Shown piece by piece: positions 35,366 to 48,881 of a stretch of DNA of 64,000 nucleotides. The translations under genes and the position numbers were made by a program. The notes under the pieces are model-generated. The model worked only from the letters and a program-made list of their open reading frames with translations, ran no database searches and was not told the DNA's origin. Origin of the DNA: Squalus acanthias (lineage: Eukaryota); contig CM059432.1 of assembly GCA_030390025.1 (NCBI GenBank), positions 3,472,001 through 3,536,000 on the forward strand, read 5' to 3'. Numbering within the stretch: the first letter of the stretch is position 1; each line of letters opens with the position of its first letter.

Positions 35366-35787
35366 CTCCCTCCACCACCTTAAACATTCACACCCTCCAC
35401 CACCGGCGTACCGTGGCTGCAGTGTGTACCATCTACAAGATGCACTGCAGCAACTCGCCAAGGCTTCTTCGGCAGCACCTCCCAAACCCGCGACCTCTTC
35501 CACCTAGAAGGACGAGGGCAGCAGGCGCATGGGAACACCACCACCTCAAACTTCCCCTCCAAGTCACACACCATCCTGACTTGGAAATATATCGCCGATC
35601 CTTCATCGTCGCTGGGTCAAAATCCTGGAACTCCCTCCCTAACAGCACTGTGGGAGTACCTTCACCACACGGACTGCAGCAGTTCAAGAAGGCGGCTCAC
35701 CACCATCTTCTCAAGGGCAATTAGGGATGGGCAATAAATGCTGGCCTTGCCAGCGACGCCCACATCCCATAAACGAATAAAAAAAAA
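35366..35787 (+). mobile_element. CR1-group LINE family 2, 3' fragment
   Basis: ORF 35413-35724 ending AAHHHLLKGN*; A-rich tail; inserted into a CR1 tail. Confidence 0.85.
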
Positions 35788-35994
35788 GTTCAGCCCCTTG
35801 AGCCCGATCCGCCATTTAATTAGATCATGTCTGATCTGTACCTCAACTCCATTTTCCTGCTTTTGCTTCTTATCCCTTGATAGCCTTATCTAACAGAAAT
35901 CTATCATTCCCAGTCTTGAAAGCTTTAATTGATCCACAGCCTTTTTGGGGAGAGAGTTCTAGATATTTACTACCCTTTGTACAAAGAGTTACAT

Positions 35995-37250
35995 AGAAAC
36001 ATAGAAACATAGAAGATAGGAGCAGGAGTAGGCCATTCGGCCCCTCGGGCCTGTTCCGCCATTTAATGAGATCATGGCTGATCATCCAAATTCAGTACCC
36101 TGTCCCTGCTTTCTCCCCATATCCCTTGATCCCTTTAGCCTTAAGAAATATATCTAACTCCTTCTTGAATATATTTAATGAATTGGCCTCAACTGCCTTC
36201 TGTGGAAGAGAATTCCACACGTTCACCACTCTCTGGGTGAAGAAATTCCTCCTCATCTCAGTCCTAAATGGCTTACCCCTTATCCTTAGACTGTGACTCC
36301 TGGTTCTGGACTCCCCCGCCATCGGGAACATCCTTCCTGCATCTAGTCTGTCTAGTCCTGTTAGAATTTTATAAGTTTCAATGAGATCCCCTCTCATTCT
36401 TCTAAACTCTAGTGAATATAAGTCTAATCGACCCAATCTCTCTTCATACGTCATTCCTGCCATCCCAGGTATCAGTCTGGTCAATCTTCGCTGCACTCCC
36501 TCCATGGCAAGAACATCCTTCCTCAGATAAGGCGACCAAAACTGTACACAATACTCAAGGTGTGGTCTCACCAAGGCCCTGTACAACTGCAGCAAGACAT
36601 CCTTGCTCCTGTACTCGAATCCTCTCGCTATGAAGGCCAACATACCATTTGCCTTCTTAACCACCTGCTGCACCTGCATGCTTACCTTCAGCGACTGGTG
36701 CACAAGGACACCCAGGTCTCGTTGCACTTCCCCTTTTCCCAATCTATTGCTGTTCAGATAATAATCTGCCTTCCTGTTTTTGCCACCAAAGTAAATAACC
36801 TCGCATTTATTCACATTATACTGCATCTGCCACACTTTTGCCCAATCACCCAACCTGTCCAAATCATACTGGAGTTTCTCTGCATTCTCCTCACAGCACA
36901 CACGCCCACCCAGCTTTGTGTCGTCTGCAAACTTGGAGATATTACATCTAGTTCCCTCGTCAAGATCATTCATATATATATTGTGAATAACTGGGGTCCT
37001 AGCACCGATCCCTGCGGTACCCCACTAGTCACTGCCTGCCACTCGGAAAAAGACCCGTTTATTCCAACTCTTTGCTTCCTGTCTGCCAACCAGTTCTCTA
37101 TCCAAGTTAGTACCTTACCCCCAATCCCATGTGCTATAACTTTGCACGCCAATCTCTTTTGCGGGACCTTATCGAAAGCCTTCTGAAAGTCCAAATACAC
37201 CACATCCACTGGTTCTCCCTTATCTATTCTACCAGTTACATCCTCAAAAA
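35995..37250 (-). mobile_element. CR1 RT/3' fragment nested in an older CR1 (35790-37550)
   Basis: ORFs 36092-36973 and 36970-37476 with RT motifs (FADD); (TTCTATGT)n tail on the minus strand. Confidence 0.92.
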
Positions 37251-37904
37251 GTTGCTTCCTGATTTCATTCCTGAACGGCCTCGCTCTAACTTTAAGATCA
37301 TGAGGAAATAGTTTCTCTCTATCTATCCTATTGAATCCTTTCAACATCTTAAACACCTCAATCAGATCACTCCTCAATCTTCTAAACTCAAGGGAATATA
37401 AAGCAAGTCTATGCAACCTGACCTCATAATTTAACCCTTTGAGCCCCGGTATCATTCTGGTGAATCTGCGCTGCACCCCCTCCGAGGCCGATATATCCTT
37501 CCTGAGGTGCGGGGCCCAGAACTGAACACAATATACTAGATGGGGTCTGACTAAGTTGTCTATTCATCTTGTAGATGGTGCACACTGCAGCCACGGTGTG
37601 CCGGTGGTGGAGGGAGTGAGTGTTTAAGGTGGTGGAGGGAGTGAATGGCCTCCTCCTGTTCCTATGTCTTCACTTTGCCACATATTCTTAAACACAAAAC
37701 AACAACAACTTTTATTTATATAGCACCTTTAACATAGAAAACATCCCAAGGCACTTTATAAAGGGTAGAAACAAATTGGTAAGGGAACAGAGACTGATCT
37801 ATGGAGAGTGAGAGATTAGGAGCGAGGTGATTGAAAGCGTGCTCAAAAAGGTGGAGTTTGAGAAGGTTAACAGTAGAGAGAAAAGAGAACAGGCAGAGTG
37901 TTAT

Positions 37905-38370
37905 AAAAAAGAAGACTTGCATTTCTCCAGCGCCTTTCACGACCACCGGACGTCCCAAAGCGCTTTACAGCCAATGAAGTACTTTTTGGAGTGTAGTCAC
38001 TGTTGTAATGTGGGAAACGCGGCAGTCAATTTGTGCACAGCAAGCTCCCACAAACAGCAATGTGATAATGACCAGATAATCTGGTTTTTTTTTAGTTCAA
38101 GAATAACTATTGGCCAGGACACCGGGGAGAACTCCCCTGCTCATCTTCGAAATAGTGGCCGTGGGATCTTTTACGTCCACCTGAGAGGGCAGACGGGGGC
38201 CTCGTTTAAACGTCTCCTCCGAAAGACGGCACCTCCGACAGTGCGGCGCTCCCTCAGCACTGCACTGGGAGTGTCAGCCTAGATTTTTGTGCTCAAGTCT
38301 CTGGAGTGGGACTGTGAACCCACAACCTTCTGAATCAGAGAGTGAGAGAGCTGCCCACTGAGCCACGGCT
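37905..38370 (-). mobile_element. Full-length Deu-domain SINE
   Basis: A and B boxes, Deu motif and tail on the minus strand. Confidence 0.88.
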
Positions 38371-38719
38371 AAGACAGAGAGCAGGACCAAGGCAGATGAA
38401 GGTTCTGGCACCAATGCTGGGGTAAATGTCTCCATGCTTCCCGTTAGTTTGCCTTCCTTCATGTATTTTATATTTAAAATTGCTGGTCAGGGCAGCCCAG
38501 GAACAGCATTAAGGTATAACGATGGGGGGATGTCTCACATTCAGCTTTCTTAACCCTGAGGCACTGATCCCCTCCATGTCAATTAAGTTTGATTTTTATC
38601 TTAATTCAAAGTGAATCTCGTTCATTTTACGGCCTAATGGAAATGCGAGCCCACCTCTATTTTAATCTTAAATGCTTCTCAAGATAATTTTTAAAAGTTA
38701 GCGCTTAACGGGGTTCCCC

Positions 38720-39103
38720 GATGACTTGATTTTAAAATGCTCATCCTTGCATTCAGATTTTTCCATGTCCTCGCCCCTCCCTATCTCTGCGACTTTCGAG
38801 ACCCCTGCACTCCTCCAACTCTGGCCTCTTGCGCATCCCCCACTTCCTTTGCCCCACCATTGGCAGCCGTGTCTTCAGCTGCCTGGGCCCTAAGGTATGG
38901 AATTCCCTCCCTAAACCTCTCCGCCTCTCTCTCCCCTTTAAGACCCTCCTTAAAGCCTACCTCTTTGACCAAGCTTTTGGTCACCTGTCCTAATATCTCC
39001 TTATGTGGCTCGGTGCCAAATTTTGTTTGATAATCGCTCCTGTGAAGCTCCTTGGGATGTTTTACTATGTTAAAGGCGCTGTATAAATACAAGTTGTTGT
39101 TGT
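38720..39103 (+). mobile_element. L2 3' fragment
   Basis: L2 ORF2 end and (TTG)n tail. Confidence 0.8.
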
Positions 39104-39291
39104 TAATTGGAGCACAGATCAGGAAGTGGGCTGAAGTAGTGGAAACCTACCCTACCTGGTACTTGAAGCTTTTCTGTTCCACACATTTTATTTTGGGGTC
39201 TTCTAACAAACATGGCAATCACAGTCAAGGAACAGAAATACAATAGCAGGGGCAAGATCACTTTTATTCTTCTTCCCGGCACAGACACAAT

Positions 39292-39563
39292 GGGCTGGAT
39301 TTTGTCTTGGGGTCGGGTTGGGGTCGGGTTGGGGTCGTGTAATCCGCATTTCGTGTTCCCACCCCCCGACTCCAGATTAATGTGGATGAATGATGCAATT
39401 TTCACTTAATTGGGCAATTGAGTTCCAGCACGTGGGAACCCATGAACCAATTAGTGGTTTCAGTCTGAAAGTCGCCTCTGACGATGTCATCATTGCTGCT
39501 GCATTGCAGGTCAGAGACTGCCTGGTCTCAGAGACTGACTGGATTTTGCTGTGAGAGGACCTG

Positions 39564-39610
<47 letters not shown>

Positions 39611-40003
39611 TTTTTTTTGCATCCTCTCACAGCAAAGGCCAGGCAGTCTCTGAAGACATTCAATGCAGCAGCATCAGAGGCGACTTTCAGACGTAATACT
39701 ACTACTACCTTCATCACATCTCCGTTGTAATAGTGGACCTGCAGCTGATAGTCAGCTATCCACTTGTGCTCCCGCCAGGTTTCACTGGAGTGTTTCACAT
39801 CAGGCGTACTTCACATTGGAAAAGGGTTAAACTAGCTAAAACGTTTCAAAATGGCATTACAGAGCCAATTTAGGGCTTGTTAAGGGCTTTAATGGCCTCT
39901 CCCGCCTCTTGGAGGCGGGATGGGGTCGGGACCCCCGACCCCGCAAATTTAACCCCCCACACGCCTCCAAACCCGACTCCATGGGTCATTCAAAATCCAG
40001 CCC
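39292..40003. mobile_element. PIF/Harbinger-like MITE with an internal inverted repeat and (GA)n
   Basis: Perfect 13-bp TIR GGGCTGGATTTTG; flanks AAT/TAT; splits a CR1 tail. Confidence 0.85.
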
Positions 40004-40064
40004 TATGGATCGAATGGCCTCGTTCTGTGCCGTAAATTTCTATGATTCTACGATTCTCAGTCCA

Positions 40065-40745
40065 ACATAGATTTTATCTCAAGGGGGCTGGAATATAAAG
40101 GGGTGGAAGTTATGCTACAGCTGTATAAAGCTCTGCTCAGACCCCATCTGGAGTAACTGTGTTCAGTTCTGGGCCCCGCACCTCAGGAAGGATATATTGG
40201 CCTTGGAGGGGGAGCAGTGCAGATTCACCACAATGATACCGGGGCTAAAAGGGCTAAATTATGAGGACAGGTTGCACAGACTAGGCTTGTATTCTCTCTC
40301 GAGTATAGACGATTAAGGAGTGATCTAATCGAGGTGTTTAAGATGATGAAAGGGTTTGATAGGGTAGAGAGAAAGAAACTATTTCCTCTGGTGGGGGGAG
40401 TCCAGAACAAGGGGGCACAATCTTAAAATTAGAGCCAGGCCGTTCAGGGGTGATGTCAGGAAGCACTTCTTCACACAACGGGTAGTGGAAATCTGGAACT
40501 CTCTCCCCCAAAAAGCTGTTCAAGGCTTTTGGGGGGTGGGGGGGGGGGGGGGGGGGGGTGGGGGGGGGGGCGGGTGGAGTCAATTGAAAATTTCAAATCT
40601 GAGATTGATAGATTTTTGTTAGGCAAGGTTATTAAGGGATACGGAACCCAGGCGGGTAGACGGAGATAAGATACAGATCAGCCGTGATCTAATTGACTGG
40701 TGGAACAGGCTCGAGGGGCTGAATGGCCTCCTCCTGCTCCTGCTC
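40065..40745 (+). mobile_element. CR1 3' fragment with an expanded G tract
   Basis: ORF2 C-terminal motifs; G-rich run at about 40530-40575. Confidence 0.8.
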
Positions 40746-41114
40746 CTGTGTCCGTAGAAAAGGGAGCCCAAAATGTCTGTGTGCAGACTATCTCTGCAGC
40801 AGACTTAAAGCATAAACTATAGCAACAAGCAACAGCTGATAGACACCAATAAAAATGTAAATGTCTCCTTTACTGCGTTTATAACGGATTCTATAATTCA
40901 GACAAACAGAGTTCCAAGCCAATAAATGCCGATAGCAGAATGGAATGATTGCATGAGTTAGAGCTCAGTGTTAATGAGACACTGAATTGTTTATTGAAAT
41001 ACCAAGTGTCCTTTGCAGTTTTTGAAATACGTACATTTTTCATCATATCAAATCAATAGATATACTTTGACAAATTTGTACAGATTTATGATATAAAGTA
41101 TGGAAAATACACAT

Positions 41115-41510
41115 ACAAAAACAACAACTTGTATTTATATAGCGCCTTTAATGTAGTAAAACGTCCCAAGGCGCTTCACAGGAGCGATTATCAAACAAAA
41201 TTTGACACCGAGCCACATGAGGAGAAATTAGGGCAGGTGACCAAAAGCTTGGTCAAAGAGGGAGGTTTTAAGGAGCGTCTTAAAGGAGGAGAGAGAGGCG
41301 GAGAGGTTTAGGGAGAGAATTCCAAAGCTTGGGGGCCCAGGCAGCTGAAGGCACGGCCGCCAATGGTGGAGCGATGGAAATCGGGGGATGCTCAAGAGGC
41401 CAGAATTGGAGGAGCCCAGAGATCTCAGAGGGTTGTGGGGCTGGTGGAGATTACAGAGATAGGGAGGGGGGGCGAGGCCATGGAGGGATTTGAAAACAAG
41501 GATGAGAAGA
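41115..41510 (-). mobile_element. L2 3' fragment
   Basis: LVFKSLHGLAPP...FKTLLKTSLFDQAF. Confidence 0.85.
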
Positions 41511-42099
41511 TACAAGAAACAAGAGATTGAAACAAATTGCAACTAAGACCCATTTTTGCTGGCACAGTGAGTACTGACATAGCTACTCCTGGCAAACCCA
41601 AAACTCCAGGGTTTGATGTGTTCATTTGGAGCCATTGTATATACTTGTTGTATTATTAAAGCAAGCAGAGAATTGTTGTAAAGTTAAATTAATTCAAAAC
41701 TTGTTTATTCTGTGTTTTAATCAGAAGGAAAGATGATGAGGCAATAATTAAACTGGTGATTGTGTTAACTAATAGGACTGACAGGAAAATAAATTAATTC
41801 TATTTTCAGAAATCAACTTACATTGTATTGTACGAAACTAATTGTCTCCGACAAAAACAGGCTCATTGCAAAGGTATTTTTAAATGAGGCTCACCCCATT
41901 TTCTAAATGCAGCTTAGATTATTTATAAGCAGCATTTATTCACAAAGCTTTTTGAATCATCAGAATGTGCCTTTTGTTCTTTTTTTCCTTTGGGGAATTT
42001 TATTGCATTCGAGTGAAATTCACAAAATATGCAAATATTGCTGAGCGGCAGAATTTTAGTTGCAATGTACATTTCGCACTGTTCCAATACATTGTTACC

Positions 42100-42775
42100 G
42101 TCTGGTAAACTTCCACCTCCGTAACATCGCCCGTCTCCGCTCCTGCCTCGGCTCATCCGCTGCTGAAACCCACATCCCTGCCTTTGTTACCTCCAGACTT
42201 GACCATTCCAACGCACTCCTGGCCCGCCTCCCATCATCCGCCCTCCGTAAACTTGAGGTCATCCAAATCTCTGCTGCCCCGTGTCCTAACTCGCACCAAG
42301 TCCCGTTCACCCATCACCCCCCCCACCCGTGCTTGCTGACTTACATTGGCTCCCGGTCCGGCAATGCCCCGATTTCAAAATTCTCACCCTTGTTTTCCAA
42401 TCCCTCCATGGCCCTCGCCCCCTCCCTATCTCTGTAATCTCCTTCAGCCCCACAACCCTCCGAGATCTCTGCGCTCCTCCAATTCTGGTCTCTTGAGCAT
42501 CCTCGATTTTAATCGTTCCACCATTGGCGGCCGTGCCTTCAGCTGCCTGGGCCCTAAGCTCTGGAATTCCCTCCCTAAACCTCTCCACCTCTCTCTCTCC
42601 TCCTTTAAGACGCTCCTTAAAACCTAACGTTTTGACCAAGCTTTTGATCACCTGCCCTAATATCTCCTTAGATGGCTCGGTGACAAACTTTGTTCGATAA
42701 TCGCTCCTGTGAAGCGCCTTGGGACGTTTTACTACGTTAAAGGCGCTATATAAATACAACTGGCTGTTGTTGTTG
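42100..42775 (+). mobile_element. L2 3' fragment
   Basis: FHLRNIARLR...AFVTSRLDHSNALL; GGRAFSCLGPKLWNSLP; (TTG)n tail. Confidence 0.88.
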
Positions 42776-42854
42776 TAGACTGCTAGAAAGATGGCAGCCA
42801 CATAGCCCTGCCGGTCAATGCTCGACACTAGGGGAAATCTACAGTCAGAATGGT

Positions 42855-43135
42855 AGCTGGAGGTGCTGTCTTTCGGATGAGACATTAAACCGAGGCCCCG
42901 TCTGCTCTCTCAGGTGGATGTAAAAGATCCCACAGGCACTATTTCAAAGAAGAGCAGGGGAGTTCTCCCCGGTGTCTTGGCCAATATTTATCACCTCAAT
43001 CAACATCACTAAAAAACAGATGATCTGGTCATTATCATATTGCTGTTTGTGGGAGCTTGCTGTGCGCAATTTGGCTGCCATGTTTCCTACATTGCAACAG
43101 TGACTCCACTTCAAAAAGTACTTAATTGGCTGTGT
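42855..43135 (+). mobile_element. Deu SINE fragment
   Basis: Deu motif and 3' region. Confidence 0.8.
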
Positions 43136-43744
43136 TGATGTGCTCTGTTTGTCGCGGGGCGGTGACTGATGAAAACTCTGGGAATGGCAAAATGAGCTGG
43201 TGGCTGAAAATTGTGGTCAAGTATAATTGACTCCATTTGTACTGGGAACTGAGCATAGCAAGCCTATTAAAAGACTCAATTTACAATCTGATTTTTTTTT
43301 TTGTCTATCCTCAAATCCCCAGTACAACACAGGGGATTGTCTATTATTTCTTAAGCAGCGTCGGGTCTCAGTGTTGTTAGTTTTGTTATTTGGCTGTGTG
43401 GTTAGATTTTCCAAAGAGTCCTTCATGTTACAATCAGGAACAGCCCCAGAACAGCTCTGGCTGTCCCTGTAATGGTGCCTTTCCCCCCACCCCCCCCACC
43501 CCCACGCCTTAGGTCACCTGCAACACTTCAAGGTTAATGTAAAGGCAATTATGTGGTGACGTTGGTGTTCGTTGATAACTTTATCATACTGGATTGCTTC
43601 CTGTCTTCTGTTCTTTAGTTTGCAAGCGAGAAAATACACATCACACCCACACAGCTTTGATAAAGTATGTGTTACCAGGAATAAACATTCCTAGCAATCC
43701 AATTTGAAAGGGGATGCAGGAACGGAGAGAGAGAGAGAGAAGGA

Positions 43745-44772
43745 GAGACCTGGGGGTGTATGTACACAAGTCTTTGAAGGTGGCAGGATAAGTTGATGAG
43801 GCTGTTAAATAAGCACACGGGATCCTGGGCTTTATAAATAGAGGCATCGAGTACAAGTGCAAGGATGTTATGCTAAACCTTTATAAAAACACTGGGTCAG
43901 CCTCATTATGTACAATTCTGGGCACCGCACTTTATGAAGGATGTCAAGGCCTTGGAGAGGGTGCGGAGGAGATTTACCAGAGTGGTACCGGGGATGAGGG
44001 ACGTCAGTTACGTGGAGAGACTGGAGAAGCTGGGGTTGTTCTCCTTAGGGTAGAGAAGGTTAAGGGGAGATTTAATAGAGGCGTTCAAAATCATGAGGGG
44101 TTTTGATAGAGTAGATAGGGAGAAACCGTTTCCAGTGGCAGGAGGGTCGGTAACCAGAGGACACAGATTTAATGTAATTGGCAAAAGAACCAGAGGGGAG
44201 TTGAGAAGTACAGCACAGAAGGAGGCCATTCGGCCCATCGAGTCTGTGCCGGCTCTTTCGAAGAGCGATCCAGTAAGTCCCACTCCCCCTGCTCTTTCCC
44301 CATATCCCTGCAATTTTTCTCCTTCAAGTATTTCTCCAATTCCCTTTTAAAGGCTACTATTGAATCAGTCTCCACCGCCCTATCAGGCAGCGCATTCCAA
44401 ATCCTAACCTCTCGTTGCGTAAAATGTTTTTTCCTCATGTCGCCTCTGGTTCTTTTGCCAATCACCTTAAATCTGTGCCCTCTGGTTATCGACCCTTCAG
44501 CCATTGGAAACAGTTTCTCTTTATTTACTCTGTCTAAACCCTTCATGATTTTAAACACCTCTATCGAATCTCCTCTTAGCCTTCTCTGCTCCAAGGAGAA
44601 CAACCCCAGCTTCTCCAGTCTATCCACGTAACTGTAATCCCTCATCCCCGGTACCATTCCAGTAAATCTCCTCTGCACCCTCTCCAAAGCCTTGACATCC
44701 TTCCTAAAGTGCGGTGCCCAGAATTGGACACAATACTCCAGCTGGGGCCGAACCAGTGTTTTTATAAAGGTT
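43745..44772. mobile_element. Two opposed CR1 fragments (+ 43745-44200, - 44205-44772)
   Basis: CR1 ORF2 C-terminal motifs on both strands (minus copy LVRPQLEYCVQFWAP). Confidence 0.85.
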
Positions 44773-45009
44773 GAGCTCGAAATGTTTTGAGCCGTAACTC
44801 GCTGGGAGCGCGAGCTGGTAACGGCGCAGCGAGGGCAACAGGGCGTCTGGGACCTCAGTGAACGGCGGGACCGACAGTCTATCTCCTTAACCAATGAGAC
44901 TGAAGGATTGAGAAATAAACAGAGGAAATGTGGCAGCCAATTTGTGCACAGCAAGCTCCCACAAACAGCAACGTGATAATGACCAGAAAAACCTGGGTTT
45001 TTTTTTAAG

Positions 45010-45375
45010 TGCAGTACTGAGGGAGTGCCGCACTGTCGGAGGTGCCGTCTTTCGGATGAGACGTTAAACCGAGGTCTCGTCTGCCCTCTCAGGTGGATGT
45101 AAAAGATCCCACGGCCACTATTTCGAAGAAGAGCAGGGGAGTTCTCCCCGGTGTCCTGGGGCCAATATTTATCCCTCAATCAACATCACTAAAAACAGAT
45201 GATCTGGTCATTATCACATTGCCGTTTGTGGGAGCTTGCTGTGCGCAAATTGGCTGCCGCGTTTCCCACATTACGACAGTGACTACACTTCAAAAGTTCT
45301 TCATTGGCTGTAAAGCGCTTTGGGACGTCCGGTGGTCGTGAAAGACGCTGGAGAAATGCAAGTCTTTCTTTCTTT
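45010..45375 (+). mobile_element. Deu SINE, 5'-truncated
   Basis: Deu motif plus tail. Confidence 0.85.
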
Positions 45376-46378
45376 TAAAAAGGTCCTTATGCTGTTAACT
45401 TTCAGCCCTAACTTTCTGCAGCGAGTTTAACGGGCAATCAATATGCAAATCCAGCAAGTTCTTATAAATAACGGGGCGGTGCGGGGGGGGTTGAGGGCGA
45501 GATGCCGTTTGCGTGAACCTAATGGCAGAGCGGTGTAAATCGACCAGCAATTCTGCCGATTCGTGACTCACGCCGTATCTCTTCATCCCTTGAACTTGCT
45601 GGTGGGTTTTGGCACATTAGTAACGTTGACACCCCGTTATTTTTCCGACAAGATTCGGCCCCAATATATCATATTTTAAATTTCTATTCATTTCCTATGC
45701 TGACAATTAAAAAACTAACGCGCGTTCCTTATAATAGCAGCTTCAGAACCGCTGTCAGTATGGGCTCTAAGCATGCGAGAGAGGCAGTGTGAATAATAAT
45801 TAACTGTGAGAGACTTTAACTACAATAGTAGTACTTCACATTGTTCTTTCTTTCAATTTAGATTGGCAAATTATGTAATCAACCGGTATGTTTAAATAGA
45901 ATGGATTTCAAGTCACAATAATAGAGAGCTGGTTAAGATTTCCGTCTCAGCGAGATTTTAGAAACAGATTTTTGCTTCAAAAATGTAATTAAAAAATTAC
46001 TTCTTTCACTTTTAATTAGGCGGTTCTGTCGCACTTACGATGGAAGAGGAAGAGGCACCCAGCACCATGCCTTAAGCGATTCAGCTTTCAGGTAAACCTC
46101 TGGAGACCCTTCACGGTGATATCTAGCACACTTAGAAAGCTTTCCGCGGCCACAAGATTACCAAGTATTAACAGCGCAGAAACAGGCCATTCGGCCCAAC
46201 TGCTCCGTGCCGGTGTTTCTGCTCCACACCAGCCTCCTCCCACCCCTCTTCATCTCACCCCATCAACATATCCTTCGATTCCTCTCTCCCTCATGTACTT
46301 ATCCAGCGTCTCCTTAAATGCATCTAAGCTATTCGCCTCAACCACTCCCTGTGGTAGCGAGTTCCACATTCTCACCAC

Positions 46379-46780
46379 CAATGTTCCCTCTTTTTTGGGT
46401 GCGCGGCCCATTCAAATTTCGCGCATGCACGGTTTCTCCCATTTAAAAGCCAGTGAGCGGCCTGCGCGGGACCTCCAGACCGCCGCCACAGGGCACACAG
46501 CTTAACGGGAACACAGAAACATCGAAAAATAGGAGCAGGAGTCAGCCATGCGGCCCTTCGAGCCTGCCCCGCCATTCAATGAGATCATGGCTGATCCTCT
46601 ATCTCAATACCATATTCCCGCTCTCTCCCCATACCTCTTGGCCTCCACAGCCTTCTGGGGTAGAGAATTCCACAGGTTCACCACCCTCTGAGTGAAGAAA
46701 TTTCTCCTCATCTCAGTCCTAAATGTCCTACCCCGTATCCTGAGACTGTGACCCCTCGTTCTAGACCCCCCCAGCCATTG
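46379..46780. mobile_element. hAT-type MITE inside a CR1 (46170-47110); right TIR split by another CR1 (about 46514-46775)
   Basis: CAATGTTCCCTCT ... GGGAAC[CR1]CATTG; 8-bp TSD CTCACCAC/CTCAACAC. Confidence 0.75.
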
Positions 46781-47159
46781 CTCAACACTCTCTGAGTGAA
46801 GAAGTTTCTCCTGAATTCCCTGTTGGACTTATTAGTGACTATTAGTGACTATATACATATATATTAATATATTCTTATATTTACGGCCTTTAGTTTTGGA
46901 CTCCCCCACAAGTGGAAACATTTTAATGTCTCTATCCTATCGAATCCCTTCATAATTTTAAAGCAGGTCTAAACAAAAGAGACCCAGCCTGTTCAATCAT
47001 TCCTAATATGTTATTGGCCTCAACCACTCCCTGTGGTAGCGAGTTCCACATTCTCACCACTCTCTGGGTAAAGAAGTTTCTCCTGAATTCCCTATTGGAT
47101 TTCTTGGTGATTTAGATGGAAGATCCCGTGTTCAAAGTTGCTCAACTGATAAAAAAGAA

Positions 47160-47560
47160 AAATAGAAAGATTTGCATTCCTGTAGCGCCTTTCACGACCA
47201 CCGGACGTCCCAAAGTGCTTTACAGCCAATGAAATACTATTTGAAGTGTTGTAATGTGGGAAACGCGGCAGCCAATTTGTGCACAGCAAGCTCCCACAAA
47301 CAGCAATGTGATAATGACCAGATAATCTGTTTTTAGTGATGTTGATTGAGGAATAAATATTGGCCAGGACACCGGGGAGAACTCCCCCTGCTTTCTTCGA
47401 AATAGTGGCCGTGGGATCTTTTACATCCACCTGAGAGAGCAGACGGGCCCTCGGTTTAACGTCTCATCCGAAAGACGGCACCTCCGACAGTGCGGCACTC
47501 CCTCAGCACTGCGCCGGCAGTGTCAGCCTGGATTTTTGTGCTCAGGTCTCTGGAGTGGAA
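47160..47560 (-). mobile_element. Deu SINE, 5'-truncated
   Basis: Deu motif and tail on the minus strand. Confidence 0.85.
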
Positions 47561-48219
47561 TCCAATAATTGTATACGTCCTGAAGTAAACGAAAAAAATC
47601 CACTGAACTCTCCTCTCTGGCAATGAAAGAATGCGTCTCTTCTTTGCATCAATCATACTTCTGAGCAGCCGGCAACCTAATTTCAGCAGTTAAGAGACTC
47701 AATTAAAATGTTTTATGGAGAGACACGGGGAAGATTTCTGGCCGGTTTGTAATGTTGATGTCGACTGGCTGCCATGTGGTAAACGGCAGTCGCCCACACT
47801 TTCCAAAAACAAATCTATCAGTAGTATTTAGGAAAAAAAAGGAGAGCAAATCCCAAATTAGCTTTTACACGCTGATACATCCTTTGTACCAGTGACTGTA
47901 TGCAAATCTAGCTAATTACCGCTGGTTTGTAAAGACAGATACAATTAACTTCAATCATAGAATCACACAGCACCGAAGGAGGCCGTTCGGCCCGTCGTGC
48001 CTGTGCCGGCTCTTTGAACGAGCTCTCCAATTAGTCCCACTCCCCCCTGCTCTTTCCCCACAGCCCTGCAAATGTTTCCTTTTCAATTATATGTCCAATT
48101 CCCCTTTTGAAAGTTACTATTGAATATGCTCCCGTTGCCCTATTACGCTGCAAATTCCAGATAGTCTGTGATGCAGTCCACTTGAGTTATAAGCCATACT
48201 CAAAACCATACCTTACCTC

Positions 48220-48625
48220 TGTTCCTCGATTTCAAAATTCTCATCCTTGTTTTCAAATACCTCCATGGCCTCGCCCCTCCCTATCTCTGTAATCTCCTTC
48301 AGCTCCACAACCCCTCTGAGATTTCTGCGCTCCTCTGATTCTGCCCTCGTGAGCATCCCTGATTTCCATCGCTCCGCCATTGGCGGCCGTGCCTTCTGTT
48401 GCCTGGGCCCTAAGCTCTGGAATTCCCTCCCTAAACCTCTCCGCCTCTCCTCCTTTAAGACGCTCCTTAAAGCCTACCTCTTAGACCAAGCTTTTGGTCA
48501 TCTGCCCTAATTTCTCCTTATGTGGATCGGTGTCAAATTTTTTGTCTTAAATTTCTCCTGTGCAGCGCCTTGGGACGTTTTACTACGTTAAAGGCGCTGT
48601 ATAAATACAAGTAGTTGTTGTTGTT
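48220..48625 (+). mobile_element. L2 3' fragment
   Basis: GGRAFCCLGPKLWNSLP...FKTLLKAYL; (TTG)n tail. Confidence 0.85.
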
Positions 48626-48881
48626 GCTTGCAAACTAAAGCCAGTATGAATTTTGCCCAAATTGTTGCACACTGCGATATACACAATGAACCATCTTTAA
48701 GTCACACTGCCTCTTTGTCTTATTCTGAAGACTTTAGACTCAGAAGCATAGAATCATAGAAGTTCACGGCACAGAAGGAGGCCATTCGGCCCATTGTGTC
48801 CGTGCCGGCCGACAAAGAGCTCTCCAGCCTAATCCCACTGTCCAGCTCTTGGTCCGTAGCCCTGTAGGTTACAGCACTTCA

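Noticed and set aside
43745..44772. Large inverted repeat as a single structure
   Set aside because: Two diverged CR1 copies in opposite orientation, expected at this copy number
44169..45179. 336-aa ORF
   Set aside because: Chance read-through across SINE, MITE and CR1 fragments
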